A stretch of 64,000 nt of DNA, from contig CAVXZC010000012.1 in assembly GCA_963766165.1 (NCBI GenBank), positions 594,607 through 658,606 on the forward strand, written 5' to 3'. The position numbers and the translations under genes are program-made. Shown here piece by piece: positions 1 through 10,186 of the stretch. The DNA comes from an uncultured Solirubrobacteraceae bacterium (GTDB lineage: Bacteria > Actinomycetota > Thermoleophilia > Solirubrobacterales > Solirubrobacteraceae). Below the pieces are notes generated by a model, which saw only the letters and a list, made by a program, of their open reading frames with translations, did not search any database and was not told the origin of the DNA. The first letter of the stretch is position 1. Each line of letters begins with the position of its first letter.

Positions 1-1084
1 AGAGCTGCGCGAAGCGCTCCAGCGACATGCCGCGCCGGTTGACCGCCTCGTCGCGCACGGCGGGCAGCATCGCCTGGATGATGTTGATCCCCAGCGGCGC
101 CTTGAAGATGTCGCCGGCCGCGGCCTGCTTCTCCTCGCGGGTGTAGGGCGAGTGGTCGGAGCCGAGCGAGTCGATCGTCCCGGCCAGGACGTGCTCCCAC
201 AGCCGCTCGACGTCCGCGCGCGCCCGGATGGCCGGAGCGCAGCGCGCCCAGGCCCCCAGCCGCACCAGGTCGTCGTGGTCCAGCAGCAGGTACTGCGGGC
301 ACGTCTCGCAGGTCACCCGGGCGCCGGCCGCCTTGGCCTTCCGCACGATCTCGGCGCCCTCGGGCGTGGAGACGTGGGCCACGTGCAGCCGCGTCCCGGT
401 GTGGGTGGCGAAGCGCACCACGCGCGCGATCGCCTCCGCCTCGACCAGCGGGGGACGCGACTCGGCGTGGGCCAGCGGATCGGTCCGGCCGGCCGCGGCC
501 ATCCGGGCCAGCCCCGCCTGCAGCAGCGAGTCGTTCTCCGCGTGCACGATCAGCAGCGCGTCGAGCTCCGCCAGGTGCTCGAGCGCCTCCAGCAGCGTCG
601 CGTCGTCCAACCGCGGATAGCCGGGGCTGGACGCGCACATGTAGGCCTTGAACGCCCGCACGCCCTGTTCCTGCAGCGCGGCCAGCTCGTCGCGGGTCTG
701 GCCCGCCGCCGCCGCGTAGAGCGCGAAGTCGCAGATCGACGCCCGCTCGGCCAGCCCGCGCTTGATGGCCAGCGACTCCGGGTCTCGCACGAGCGGGTCG
801 GCCTGCGGCATCTCCCCGACCGTGGTGATGCCGCCGGCCACGGCCGAGGCGGTGCCCGGCCCGAAGCCCTCGCGCTGGGCCTTCGACGGCTCGCGCAGGT
901 GCGTGTGGATGTCCACGCCGCCGGGGAGGACGACCCTCCCCGTGGCGTCGAGGCGCTCGCCCGCGACCTCGCCGGCGTCTCCGACGAGCGCGGCGATGCG
1001 CCCATCCTCGATCACGATGTCGACGTCGCGCACGCCGTCCGCGAGGACGACGCGCGCGCCGGAGACGACGGCGAGCCCGGGCAT
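1..1084 (-). CDS. Cyclic amidohydrolase (allantoinase/dihydroorotase/hydantoinase family), 5' part in window; gene continues past window start
   Basis: Reverse-strand translation from ATG at 1082-1084: MPGLAVVSGARVVLADG...GGVDIHTHLREP...AFKAYM...VHAEND...SDHSPY (metal-binding HxH, carbamylated-Lys and His/Asp motifs of cyclic amidohydrolases). Not in ORF track because it runs off the window. Start lies 5 nt downstream of the binding-protein stop codon. Confidence 0.8.
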   Translation of the reverse strand, partial: MPGLAVVSGARVVLADGVRDVDIVIEDGRIAALVGDAGEVAGERLDATGRVVLPGGVDIHTHLREPSKAQREGFGPGTASAVAGGITTVGEMPQADPLVRDPESLAIKRGLAERASICDFALYAAAAGQTRDELAALQEQGVRAFKAYMCASSPGYPRLDDATLLEALEHLAELDALLIVHAENDSLLQAGLARMAAAGRTDPLAHAESRPPLVEAEAIARVVRFATHTGTRLHVAHVSTPEGAEIVRKAKAAGARVTCETCPQYLLLDHDDLVRLGAWARCAPAIRARADVERLWEHVLAGTIDSLGSDHSPYTREEKQAAAGDIFKAPLGINIIQAMLPAVRDEAVNRRGMSLERFAQL

Positions 1085-1089
1085 GGCCG

Positions 1090-2730
1090 CTAGCCCTTCC
1101 ACGCCACCCAGAGCGGGTAGTGCGCCGTGCTCTGGATGAAGAAGTCGTGGACGTCGTTGGCGAACGCGAACCGGTTGGTCGGGTTGATCAGCCAGAGGAT
1201 CGGCAGCTTGTCCATGATGATCCCCTGCCACTTGCCGAGCGCGGCGCCGCGCTCGGTGGTGTCCAGCATGCCCTGGGTCGAGTAGTAGAGCTTGTCCGCG
1301 CTCTTGTCGACCCAGCCGGTGTAGCCCGACTTCGCCCCGCCGGTGGAGACACAGCAGAACAACATGTTCGAGTTCGGCTCCAGGTTGTCGCTGGTGCCGT
1401 AGGTGTAGGACATCTGGTACTGCTGCTTCTGGAGCTTCTCGAACGCCGTCGTCTGGTCGACCGGCTCGATCTTGAGCGTGATGCCGATCTGCTTGAGCTC
1501 GCTCTGCATGATCGTGCCGATGGCCGCGGCCACCTGGTCGCCGGCCGGCGGGCTGAACGACACCGAGAAGCCCTTCGGGTACTTCGACTTGGCCATCAGC
1601 GACTTCGCCTTGGCCAGGTCGTACGCGTAGCCGTACTGGTCGGTGTGGAAGTAGACGCCCGGGTCGATCGGCGAGGTCGCCGCCTTGGCGTTGCCGAAGA
1701 ACACGCCCTTGACGATCGCCTGGCGATCGATCGCGTAGTTCATCGCCTTCACCACGTTCGGGTCGCGGAACTGCGGCACGTCGGTCATGTTCAGCGCGCT
1801 GGCGATCACGCCGAGCTGCGGCGTGGCCGCGGCGACGAGCTTCGGATCGGCGTCGATCGGACCGATCTGGTTGAAGGGCACGTCCATCACGGCGTCGAGC
1901 TGGCCGCCGCGCAGCTCGGTCATGCGCGTGTTGTCGTTCGGGATGTAGTCGAGCCGGACCTCTGACAGATACGGGTACTTGTGGCCGCAGGCGTCCTTGC
2001 CCCAGTAGTAGGGGTTGGCCTTGAGCAGCACGTGGTCGCCGGGCTTGAACTCCGCCACGGAGAACGCCCCGGAGCCCATCGGGTGCGTCTTCGGGTCCAT
2101 GCCGCCCTCGATGGCCTTCTTGGACATGATCGACGCGCCCCACAGCGTGAGGTCGTTCAGGAACGGCGCGTATGGCTTGCCGAGCGTGACCTTGATCGTG
2201 TGCGGGTCGACGACCTCCGTGCTCTTGATCGCCGACAGCGTCCAGTTGTTGACCGACTTGGGCGCCTCGACCCGGTCGAACGAGAACTTGACGTCGTCGG
2301 CCGTGACCGGCGTGCCGTCGGAGAACTTCGCGTCCGGCCGCAGGTGGAAGGTGTAGACGCGGCCGCCGTCGGAGACATCCCACGACTTCGCGAGGCCGGC
2401 GACGACCTTCTTCGCGTCGGGCGCCAGCTCGACCAGCTGGTCGTAGATGTTCATGTCGGCCCACAGCGAGCCGTTGTCCTGCGTGTTGTGGGCGTCGAAG
2501 CTGATGACGTCCTGGTCGACGCCGAAGTTGAGCGTGCCGCCGCGCTTGACGTGGCCGCAGTCGCCACCGCCGGCGGCGGCGGCCTTGGCGAGGGTCTTGC
2601 CCTGGCCGGAGCTGCCGGAGCCGCTGGAACTCGATCCGCCGCCGCAGCCGGCGACCAGCGCGGTGACGCTGGCGATCGCGGCCCAGCCGTACACGCGCGC
2701 GGGCCCGCGCGCCCTGCGAAGGAACACCAT
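1090..2730 (-). CDS. ABC transporter substrate-binding lipoprotein, family 5 (peptide/nickel/opine type)
   Basis: Track ORF 1090..2784. Likely start is the internal ATG (MVFLRR...) at 2730, preceded by GAGGAGG. Signal peptide with lipobox LVAGC; long SBP_bac_5-like body. Track GTG at 2784 would overlap the predicted -10 box. Confidence 0.85.
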   Translation of the reverse strand: MVFLRRARGPARVYGWAAIASVTALVAGCGGGSSSSGSGSSGQGKTLAKAAAAGGGDCGHVKRGGTLNFGVDQDVISFDAHNTQDNGSLWADMNIYDQLVELAPDAKKVVAGLAKSWDVSDGGRVYTFHLRPDAKFSDGTPVTADDVKFSFDRVEAPKSVNNWTLSAIKSTEVVDPHTIKVTLGKPYAPFLNDLTLWGASIMSKKAIEGGMDPKTHPMGSGAFSVAEFKPGDHVLLKANPYYWGKDACGHKYPYLSEVRLDYIPNDNTRMTELRGGQLDAVMDVPFNQIGPIDADPKLVAAATPQLGVIASALNMTDVPQFRDPNVVKAMNYAIDRQAIVKGVFFGNAKAATSPIDPGVYFHTDQYGYAYDLAKAKSLMAKSKYPKGFSVSFSPPAGDQVAAAIGTIMQSELKQIGITLKIEPVDQTTAFEKLQKQQYQMSYTYGTSDNLEPNSNMLFCCVSTGGAKSGYTGWVDKSADKLYYSTQGMLDTTERGAALGKWQGIIMDKLPILWLINPTNRFAFANDVHDFFIQSTAHYPLWVAWKG

Positions 2731-2778
2731 CGTTTTGAGCCCTCCTCGACTCCCGCGGCAGCCGGGTAGCCACCGCAT

Positions 2779-2811
2779 CTTCACTCTAGATGCAGAATTT
2801 CACTCTGTCAA
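2779..2811 (-). promoter_or_regulatory. Predicted sigma70-like promoter with embedded operator: TTGACA-17nt-TAGAGT on minus strand, two AGAGTGAA direct repeats spaced 20 bp; copy 1 of a 33-bp element repeated at 14631-14663
   Basis: Read directly: plus strand cttcactctagatgcagaatttcactctgtcaa; 27/33 identical to the 14631-14663 copy. Lies between the ATPase stop (2808) and the binding-protein start. Confidence 0.5.
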
Positions 2812-3782
2812 TCGTCATAGAGATGGCAGGCCACGGCCCGCCCGCTTGCCATCACGTGCCTGGCGGGGTACTCCCGGCGGCAGCGATCCATGGCGAACGG
2901 ACAGCGCGGATGGAAGTGGCAACCCGACGGCGGGTCCAGCGGGCTCGGCAGGTCGCCCTCGACACCGCGCTCGGAGCGGGGCTCCTCGGCGTCGATCAAA
3001 GGGACGGCGGCGAGCAGCGCCTGCGTGTAGGGGTGCAGCGGCTCCTCGAACAGCTCCGCCGTCGCCGCCTCCTCGACCACCCGCCCCAGGTACATGACCA
3101 CGATCCGCGTGCTCATGTGGCGGACGACGCCGAGGTCGTGCGAGATGAACAGGTAGGTCAGGTCGAGGTCGTCCTGCAGCGTGACCAACAGGTTGAGGAT
3201 CTGCGCCCGGATCGACACGTCGAGCGCCGACACGGCCTCGTCGGCCACGATGAACCGCGGGCCGACGGCCAGCGCGCGGGCGATCACGATGCGCTGGCGC
3301 TGCCCGCCGCTGAACTCGTGCGGGCGCCGGTCGCCCATCGCCGGCTCCAGGCCGACCCGCTCGAGCAGCTCGTCCACCCGCCCGCGGCGCTCGCCGGGCG
3401 GGCACAGCTCGTGCACGCGCAGCACCTCGTCGAGCGCGCCGCGCACGGTCTGGCGCGGGTTCAAGGACGAGTAGGGGTCCTGGAAGATGATCTGGATCTC
3501 GCGCCGCAGCCGGCGCACGGCGCGCTTGTCGGCCATGTCGACGGCCTGGCCGGCGAACCGCACCTCACCGCTGGTCGGCTTCTCCAGCGCGAGCAGGACC
3601 CGGCCCAGCGTGCTCTTGCCGCAGCCGCTCTCGCCGACCAGCCCGACCGTCGTCCCGCTCGGCATGGCGAACGACACGTCGTCGACCGCGCGCAGCACGT
3701 CGGCGCCGCGGCCGAACATCCCGCGCCCGACCCGGTAGTGCTTGCTCAGGCCACGGGCCTCGACGAGCGGCGTGTCAGACAA
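2808..3782 (-). CDS. ABC transporter ATP-binding protein (DppF/OppF-like)
   Basis: Walker [10 protein letters not shown], signature LSGGQRQR, oligopeptide-ABC C-terminal domain. Start chosen as TTG ([13 protein letters not shown]) overlapping the upstream gene stop; alternative ATG at 3824. Confidence 0.85.
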   Translation of the reverse strand: MSDTPLVEARGLSKHYRVGRGMFGRGADVLRAVDDVSFAMPSGTTVGLVGESGCGKSTLGRVLLALEKPTSGEVRFAGQAVDMADKRAVRRLRREIQIIFQDPYSSLNPRQTVRGALDEVLRVHELCPPGERRGRVDELLERVGLEPAMGDRRPHEFSGGQRQRIVIARALAVGPRFIVADEAVSALDVSIRAQILNLLVTLQDDLDLTYLFISHDLGVVRHMSTRIVVMYLGRVVEEAATAELFEEPLHPYTQALLAAVPLIDAEEPRSERGVEGDLPSPLDPPSGCHFHPRCPFAMDRCRREYPARHVMASGRAVACHLYDD

Positions 3783-4803
3783 TCGGGGCCTCCACGGCCG
3801 CGTGGCGCCGGCAGCGCGTCGCATGCGCCGGCGCGACGTCGAGCAGCTCCGTTTCCCACTCCCGGCAGGCCTCCTCGGCGAGCGGGCAGCGCGGCTCGAA
3901 CACACACGTGCGGGGCGCCTCCCGGAGGCTGGGCGGCGAGCCGCCGATCGGCTTCAGGAACCGGCTCGGGTTCGCCGCCCGGGGCAGCGACTCGACCAGC
4001 CCCACGGTGTACGGGTGCCTGGGTGCGCGCAGCAGCTCGCGCACCGGCGCCGTCTCGACGAGCTGTCCGCCGTACATCACGGCCACGCGGTCGCACGTCT
4101 GGACGATCACCCCGAGGTCGTGGCTGACCAGCACGATGCTCATCCCGAGCTCGGCCCGCAGTCGCCTCAGCAGGCGCAGGATCTGGTCCTGGATCGTCAC
4201 GTCGAGCGCGGTGGTCGGCTCGTCGGCCAGCAGCAGCTTGGAGCCGCAGGCCAGGGCGATGGCGATCAGCACGCGCTGACGCATGCCGCCGCTGAACTCG
4301 TGCGGGTACTGGCGCAGCCGCCGCTCGGGCGAGCCGATGCCGACCTGCTGCAGCAGCTCGACCGCCTTCGCCCGGCGCTGCCCGCGGTCGAGGTCGGTGT
4401 GCCGGCGCAGCGTCTCCGTCAGCTGCTCGCCGACCTTCAGGACCGGGTTCAGGTAGCTCATCGGGTCCTGGAAGATCATCGAGATGCCGGCGCCGCGGAC
4501 CGCCCGCAGCTCGCGCTCGCGCATCGTCACCAGGTCGTCGCCGTGGAAGCGCGCCTCGCCCGTCACGTGCGCCGAGCCGGGCAGCAGCCCGATCATGGCC
4601 CGCAGCGTCGCGCTCTTGCCGCAGCCGCTCTCTCCCACCAGGCCGAAGATCTCGCCGGAGCGGACGTCGAAGCTGACGCCGTTGACCGCGTGCACCGTGC
4701 GGGTGCCGTCGTAGCGGACCGCCAGGTCGCGCACCGCCAGCACCGTCTCCGTCGGCCGCGCCGCCGTATCGGCGGCCAGGACCCGGTCGTCCGCCGCGCC
4801 CAT
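3775..4803 (-). CDS. ABC transporter ATP-binding protein (DppD/OppD-like)
   Basis: C-terminal 343 aa of track ORF 3775..5619 ([10 protein letters not shown]...[10 protein letters not shown]...FSGGMRQRV...). ATG at 4801-4803 overlaps the permease stop (ATGA). The 614-aa track ORF is a frame-extension artefact. Confidence 0.85.
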   Translation of the reverse strand: MGAADDRVLAADTAARPTETVLAVRDLAVRYDGTRTVHAVNGVSFDVRSGEIFGLVGESGCGKSATLRAMIGLLPGSAHVTGEARFHGDDLVTMRERELRAVRGAGISMIFQDPMSYLNPVLKVGEQLTETLRRHTDLDRGQRRAKAVELLQQVGIGSPERRLRQYPHEFSGGMRQRVLIAIALACGSKLLLADEPTTALDVTIQDQILRLLRRLRAELGMSIVLVSHDLGVIVQTCDRVAVMYGGQLVETAPVRELLRAPRHPYTVGLVESLPRAANPSRFLKPIGGSPPSLREAPRTCVFEPRCPLAEEACREWETELLDVAPAHATRCRRHAAVEAPIV

Positions 4804-5687
4804 CACCGCTCCCCCCGCAGCATGTCGGCCAGGTTGTCGCCGATCAGGCTCAGCCCGACCCCGAACAGCGCGATCATCACGCCCGGTACGGCGGCGAGCC
4901 ACCAGTTGGTGGCGATGTACTCCTGGGCGTCGGCGATCATCTTGCCCCACTCCGCCGTGGGGTCGGCCACGCCGAGCCCCAGGAAGCCGAGCGCCGCGCC
5001 GATGCTCACGTTGTTGACCGCGTCGACCATGGCGAACACGAGCGCCGGCGCGGCCGCGTTGGGCAGCACGTGGCGGAACATGATCCGCCAGTTGCCGTAG
5101 CCGAGCGCGCGGGCCGCGGTCGTGTAGTCGCGCTGCTTGAGCACGAGCACCTCGCCGCGCACGATGCGCGCGTAGGCCACCCAGGTGACCGCCCACATGG
5201 CGATCAGCATGTTCAGCAGCCCGCCGCCGAGGATCGCGATGATCGCCAGCACGAGCACGATCAGCGGGAAGGCGAAGACGATGTCGACGAGCCGCATCAT
5301 CACCGAGTCGACGCGGCGGCCCGAGTAGCCCGCCACAAGGCCGTAGAGCGAGCCGAACGTGCAGGTCACCGTGGTCGCGGCGAACGCGATCAGCAGGTCG
5401 ACGCGGCCGGCGTAGAGGACGCGGCTGAGCAGGTCGCGCCCGTACTGGTCGGTGCCGAGCAGGTGCCCGGGCGAGAATGGCGGCTCCAGCGCGTGCAGCA
5501 GGTCCTGCTGGTTGGGGTCGTAGGGCGCGAGCAGCGGCGCGAACACGGCGGAGAGCGCGATCAGGACGACGAGCACGATCCCCACGATCAGCGGCACGCG
5601 CCCGCGCAGCCGCACCCACGACAGCGGCGTGCGCGGCGTGGCGACGGTGACGGGCGCGGCGACGGGCTCGTTGAGGAGGTCGCTCAT
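4803..5687 (-). CDS. ABC transporter permease (DppC-like)
   Basis: 294 aa, multi-TM, BPD-transporter-like hydrophobic segments. Confidence 0.9.
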   Translation of the reverse strand: MSDLLNEPVAAPVTVATPRTPLSWVRLRGRVPLIVGIVLVVLIALSAVFAPLLAPYDPNQQDLLHALEPPFSPGHLLGTDQYGRDLLSRVLYAGRVDLLIAFAATTVTCTFGSLYGLVAGYSGRRVDSVMMRLVDIVFAFPLIVLVLAIIAILGGGLLNMLIAMWAVTWVAYARIVRGEVLVLKQRDYTTAARALGYGNWRIMFRHVLPNAAAPALVFAMVDAVNNVSIGAALGFLGLGVADPTAEWGKMIADAQEYIATNWWLAAVPGVMIALFGVGLSLIGDNLADMLRGER

Positions 5688-5688
5688 C

Positions 5689-6630
5689 TCAGTCGAACGA
5701 GACGCGCGGGTCCATGACGGCGTAGGCGACGTCGGTCATCAGGTTGATCGCCACGACACAGAAGCCGAAGACGAGGATGATCCCCTGCACGACCGAGAGG
5801 TCGCGGGTGTTGATCGAGGAGGCCAGCAGCTGGCCGAGGCCCGGCAGCGCGAACACGTTCTCGATGATCACGGTGCTGCCGATCAGGTAGGCGAGGTTGA
5901 CGCCGATCACCGTCACGCCCGCGATCAGGGCGTTCCGCAGCACGTGCCGGTTGAGCACGCGCAGCGTCCCGAGGCCCTTGGCCTTCGCGGTGTCCAGGTA
6001 GTCCGCCTGCAGCACCCCGAGGATGCTGTTGCGCAGCGTGCGGGTGAGGATCGCCCCGAAGCCGAGCGCGATCGTCAGCGCCGGGAGGAACAGGTGGTAG
6101 AGGTGGCCGGTGACGCCTGTCCCGTAACCCGAGACCGGGAAGATCGGGAACTTGAGGCCGAACAGCAGGATGAGGATCAGCCCCACCCAGAACGGCGGCA
6201 TGGCGAAGATGACCAGGAACGAGACGCGCGTGGTCTGGTCGGCCACGCCGTTGCGCCGCAGCGCGCTCAGCGTGGCCAGCGGGACGCTGATGACGATCGC
6301 CAGCACGGTCGAGTAGACGGCCAGCCACAGCGTCACCGGCAGCCGCTCGCTGATCAGCGAGGTGACCGACTGGTGGTAGTAGATCGACTGCCCGAGGTTC
6401 AGCCGGAACAGGTTCTCCATGAACAGGCGGTACTGCTCGGCGACCGACTTGTCGAGCCCGAGGTTGTGGCGCAGCACCGCGGCACGCGCCGGCGTCCAAT
6501 GGGCGCCGAGCATGACCGAGGTGGGGTCGCCCGGGATCAGCCGCAGGATGAAGAACGCGATGATCGTCACGCCGACCACCACGGGCACGGCCTGGAGCAG
6601 GCGCCCGCGCAGGAAGCGGAAGCGGCCCAT
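5689..6630 (-). CDS. ABC transporter permease (DppB-like)
   Basis: 313 aa, multi-TM, typical DppB/OppB N-terminus MGRFRFLRGRLLQAVPVVVGVTIIAF. Confidence 0.9.
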   Translation of the reverse strand: MGRFRFLRGRLLQAVPVVVGVTIIAFFILRLIPGDPTSVMLGAHWTPARAAVLRHNLGLDKSVAEQYRLFMENLFRLNLGQSIYYHQSVTSLISERLPVTLWLAVYSTVLAIVISVPLATLSALRRNGVADQTTRVSFLVIFAMPPFWVGLILILLFGLKFPIFPVSGYGTGVTGHLYHLFLPALTIALGFGAILTRTLRNSILGVLQADYLDTAKAKGLGTLRVLNRHVLRNALIAGVTVIGVNLAYLIGSTVIIENVFALPGLGQLLASSINTRDLSVVQGIILVFGFCVVAINLMTDVAYAVMDPRVSFD

Positions 6631-7362
6631 CTACGCCAGGCCCTCCTGCGCCAGGCGCCAGGCGTCGTAGCGGCCGCCGGAGATCGCCGGGTCGCGCGAC
6701 GCGGCCAGCGCCACGAAGCCCGGCGCCAGCTCGGCCGGGTCGACCCACTCCGCGCGCGCCGCGGCGTCATACGTGGTCTCGGACATCGGCGTGTGCATGG
6801 CCTTGCCGGGCGTGACCGAGACGACGCGGACGCCGAACGGCTCGAGCTCCAGCGCGAGCGTCCGCGTCAGGCCCTCGAGCCCGAACTTCGACGGGCAGTA
6901 TGCGGACTCGCCGACGAAGCCGCGGATCCCCGACTCGGAGGTGACGTTGACGATCAGCCCGTTCCCGCGCGCCTTCATGGCGGGGATGAACGCGCGCGAG
7001 TACAGGAACGGCCCGCGGAGGTTCGTCGCCACGATCTTGTCCCACTCGGCCGGCGTGGTGTCCTCGATCGGCTTGACCGCGATGATCCCGGCGTTATTGA
7101 CCAGGATGTCGAGCCGGCCGTGGCGGTCCAGCACGGACGCGGCCACTTCACCGGCCCGCTCCGCGTCGCCCACGTCGGCGGCCACCGCGTCCAGCGACAG
7201 GGCCTCCGCGACCGCGACGGCACGGACCTCCTCCAGCTCGGAGGCGTGCAGCGACAGCGCGACCACGCGCGCTCCCGCCCGGGCCAGGCCGAGCGCGACG
7301 GCCCGGCCGAGCCCGGCCCCGGCGCCCGTGACGAGCGCCACCCGGTCCTGCAGCGCGCCCAT
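6631..7362 (-). CDS. SDR family oxidoreductase
   Basis: TGAGAGLG Rossmann motif, catalytic YCPSK, 243 aa. Confidence 0.9.
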   Translation of the reverse strand: MGALQDRVALVTGAGAGLGRAVALGLARAGARVVALSLHASELEEVRAVAVAEALSLDAVAADVGDAERAGEVAASVLDRHGRLDILVNNAGIIAVKPIEDTTPAEWDKIVATNLRGPFLYSRAFIPAMKARGNGLIVNVTSESGIRGFVGESAYCPSKFGLEGLTRTLALELEPFGVRVVSVTPGKAMHTPMSETTYDAAARAEWVDPAELAPGFVALAASRDPAISGGRYDAWRLAQEGLA

Positions 7363-7369
7363 GGCGCCG

Positions 7370-8263
7370 TTACGCCGCCGCCTCTTGCCCCGCGCGCAGC
7401 CCCAGCAGGTCGGCGAGGTTGCGCTCGGACCGCAGCTCGGGCTCGATCCGGCCGGCCGCCGCGGTCATCAGCGGCGTGACGCCGGGACCGTGGCCGCCGC
7501 GCGGGCTGTCGCCGTGGGCCACCACGCCGATCGTCAGCGCGCCGGCCAGGTAGCCCGGGCCCCAGCGCGTGTCGAAGTCGCGCAGCGCGACGATGTCGCC
7601 GAGGCGCAGGGCGTCGAGACCGGCCGCGCGCAACGCCGCCTCGTCCTCGGTCTGGATCTGGATCGCGCCGCTCTCGGCCTGCAGCCCCGCGCCCGCGCCC
7701 GCGAGCAGCGGCGGCACCTCGGCGACCACCGGGACCGTCAGCACGCCCGGCTCGCCGGCCCGCACCTCGAGCGCGTCCAGCAGCGCCGGCGAGCAGCTCT
7801 TGAGCTGCACGTCGGGGTAGTCGCTGAGCGCGAGGCTGCGGCCCAGCGCGCGGATCAGGATCTTGTCCTGGATCGCCAGGCGCTCGAGCACGTCGGGGGC
7901 GAAGTGGACGATCACGTGGTCGGCGAAGCGGCCGCTCTTGCCGATCACGGTCCCGCGCGCGCCCTGGGCGCTCCCACTGGCCACGATCGCCTCGTTGCCG
8001 ACGCAGGCGATGACATTCAGCGCGTGGTTGGGCCCGTCGGCCGGGCTCTTCACGCTCACGCCCGGCTGGACCATGTCCGCCGTCCAGCCGAACGCGCTGT
8101 CGCCGACGCGGACGTTGTAGACGATCCCGCCGGGCGGGACGAGCAGGCGCGGGCGCCCGTCGGCGCCGATCACGTACGGGCTCGCCGGCAGCGTCGGCAG
8201 CTCGGGCGAGGAGACCTGGCCCTGGACGGCGACGCCGACGATCTGGCTGCGGTTGTCGAACAC
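7370..8263 (-). CDS. Conserved hypothetical protein, paralog A of a tandem pair (size and pattern reminiscent of DUF4438-type proteins; unverified)
   Basis: 297 aa, GTG start with GAGGGGGA ribosome-binding site. Shares GDSAFGW, CVGNEA and HGDS..GHGPGV blocks with the next gene. Confidence 0.7.
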   Translation of the reverse strand: MFDNRSQIVGVAVQGQVSSPELPTLPASPYVIGADGRPRLLVPPGGIVYNVRVGDSAFGWTADMVQPGVSVKSPADGPNHALNVIACVGNEAIVASGSAQGARGTVIGKSGRFADHVIVHFAPDVLERLAIQDKILIRALGRSLALSDYPDVQLKSCSPALLDALEVRAGEPGVLTVPVVAEVPPLLAGAGAGLQAESGAIQIQTEDEAALRAAGLDALRLGDIVALRDFDTRWGPGYLAGALTIGVVAHGDSPRGGHGPGVTPLMTAAAGRIEPELRSERNLADLLGLRAGQEAAA

Positions 8264-8279
8264 GACGTTCCCCCTCGAA

Positions 8280-9200
8280 TCAGCCGGTCACGGCGTAGGA
8301 GCTGACATGGTCGCCCGGCCGGCGGGCCTCGATCTCTTCCCGCGTGCGCAGGCCCAGCCGGACGGCGATGTTGGCCTCCGGGTCGCGCACCGTGGTGATG
8401 ACATGCTCCTCGCGGCAGGTGAGCAGATCCAGGACCCCCGGTCCATGTCCGGTCCAGGCCGAGTCGCCGTGGATGATGAGCCCGATGGTCATCGCGCCCT
8501 GGCGGTAGCCGCGGCCCCACATGTGGTTCGTGTCCGGGACGGCCACGATGTCGCCCAGGCGCAGCCGGTCCAGGCCGAGCTCGGCGATGTGCGCCCGGTC
8601 GCCGGTCATGAAGTCCTGGTCGACATAGTCGGCCATCAGCTCGGCGCCGGAGCCCATCAGATACGCGGGGATCTCGTTCACCACCGGCACGAGCAGCGCG
8701 CCGTCGGGCGCGGTGTCGAGCCGCAGCGCCTCCAAGAGCCGCGGGCTGACCTTGTGGGTGAGCACCCCCGGGTGGTCGAGCAGCTCGAGCCCCGTGCCGA
8801 CGGCCCGGATCTGGATCGTGTCGCCGATGGCCAGCAGCTCGATGTCCTCGGGCGGGAAGTCGACGAGCAGGTGCGCGTGCTCGCCGGTCAGCGTCCCGCG
8901 CGCGCCGGCGCAGGCGCCCGAGGTGACCACGGCCTCGTTGCCCATGCAGGCCAGGTAGTGGAGCGCGTGCTCGGGGCCGTCGAGTGGGTTGCGCACCGAG
9001 ACGCCGGGCTCCAGATGGTCGACCTCCCACCCGAAGGCGGGATCGCCGCAGCGGTGGGTGAAGCAGATCCCGGCCATCCCGATGCCCACCGTGGCCCTGC
9101 CCTCGGACGTGGCCTGGTACGGCAACCGGGTCAGCCCCGGCGGCCACACCTCCCCGGAGACGGACACCTCGACCAGCGAGTCGGCGTTCGTGCGCAGCAT
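8280..9200 (-). CDS. Conserved hypothetical protein, paralog B of the tandem pair
   Basis: Real start MLRTNADSLVEV at 9198-9200 (ATGA overlap with upstream stop). Shares GDPAFGW, CMGNEA and HGDSAWTGHGPGV blocks with paralog A. Track ORF 8280..9767 is over-extended. Confidence 0.7.
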   Translation of the reverse strand: MLRTNADSLVEVSVSGEVWPPGLTRLPYQATSEGRATVGIGMAGICFTHRCGDPAFGWEVDHLEPGVSVRNPLDGPEHALHYLACMGNEAVVTSGACAGARGTLTGEHAHLLVDFPPEDIELLAIGDTIQIRAVGTGLELLDHPGVLTHKVSPRLLEALRLDTAPDGALLVPVVNEIPAYLMGSGAELMADYVDQDFMTGDRAHIAELGLDRLRLGDIVAVPDTNHMWGRGYRQGAMTIGLIIHGDSAWTGHGPGVLDLLTCREEHVITTVRDPEANIAVRLGLRTREEIEARRPGDHVSSYAVTG

Positions 9201-10186
9201 CAGCCCTCCTTCAAGACGTGCAGCGGCGCCTCGCCGCGGGCGAAGCGGACGACGTTGGCCAGCACGTCGCTCATCTGGTTCACCCGCGCGCCGCCGGTCC
9301 CGCCGCCGATGTGCGGCGTGACGATGACGTTGGCCAGTGCGAGCAGGGGATTGTCGTACGGAACAGGCTCCTCCACGAACACGTCGAGCCCGGCGCCGCG
9401 CAGGCGACCGGACGAGAGCGCGTCCACCAGCGCCGGCTCGTCGACGAGCGGACCGCGCGCGATGTTGACGAGGTACGCCTCGGGGCGCATCAGCGCGAGC
9501 TCGCGGGCGCCGATGATCTTGTCGCTCTCCGGCGAGTGCGGCAGCGACAGCAGGACGAAGTCCGACGCGGCGAGCAGGTCGTCGAGCGGCCTGTACGCGA
9601 CGCCAAGCCGGCGCTCGATCGCCTCCGGCAGCCGCGTCCGCTTCGTGTAGAGCACGTCCATCCCGAGCGCCCGCGCCCGCACGGAGACCTCCGTGCCGAT
9701 CTCGCCGTAGCCGACGATGCCCAGCGTGTGGCCGTGCACCTCGAGCAGGTGCGGCAGCTTCATCCACTGGAAGGCGAACGTGCGCTGGCTGGTCGGCGCG
9801 GGCGTCAGGCCCAGGTCGCGGTAGCCGCCCTGCACCGTGGACGCGTGGGCCACGATCAGCTGCTTGGACAGCGCGAGGATGAGCGTCGTGGCCAGTTCGG
9901 CCACGGCGATGCAGCCGCGCAGCGGCATCGTCGCCACCGTCACGCCGGCCGCGCCTGCGGCGCCCAGGTCGATGCCGTCCTCGCGCGCGCCGTACTTCTG
10001 CAGGAAGCGCGCGCCCGGGGCGGTCGCCAGCACCGCCGCGTCGACCGCGGCCGACTTGGTCACCAGCGCGTCGGCGCCCGCGCCGTCCAGGTTGACGACC
10101 CGGAACCCCTCGGGGACGAGCTCGTTGCCCAGCTCGAGGTCGGCGTCGGGCTGCTCGTCCACCCAGGCGATGACGAACTCGCTCAT
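9200..10186 (-). CDS. D-isomer-specific 2-hydroxyacid dehydrogenase family (NAD-binding)
   Basis: 328 aa; GIVGYGEIG dinucleotide-binding motif and conserved R/E/H triad context. Confidence 0.9.
   Translation of the reverse strand: MSEFVIAWVDEQPDADLELGNELVPEGFRVVNLDGAGADALVTKSAAVDAAVLATAPGARFLQKYGAREDGIDLGAAGAAGVTVATMPLRGCIAVAELATTLILALSKQLIVAHASTVQGGYRDLGLTPAPTSQRTFAFQWMKLPHLLEVHGHTLGIVGYGEIGTEVSVRARALGMDVLYTKRTRLPEAIERRLGVAYRPLDDLLAASDFVLLSLPHSPESDKIIGARELALMRPEAYLVNIARGPLVDEPALVDALSSGRLRGAGLDVFVEEPVPYDNPLLALANVIVTPHIGGGTGGARVNQMSDVLANVVRFARGEAPLHVLKEG

Noticed and set aside
152-1093. 313-aa plus-strand ORF and overlapping 130/151/125-aa ORFs
   Set aside because: Arg/Gly/Pro/Ala-rich low-complexity translation antisense to a clearly real amidohydrolase gene; typical high-GC alternative-frame artefact
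5629-7479. 616-aa plus-strand ORF
   Set aside because: Antisense to the intact permease and SDR genes; RD/ER-rich composition without domain-like sequence
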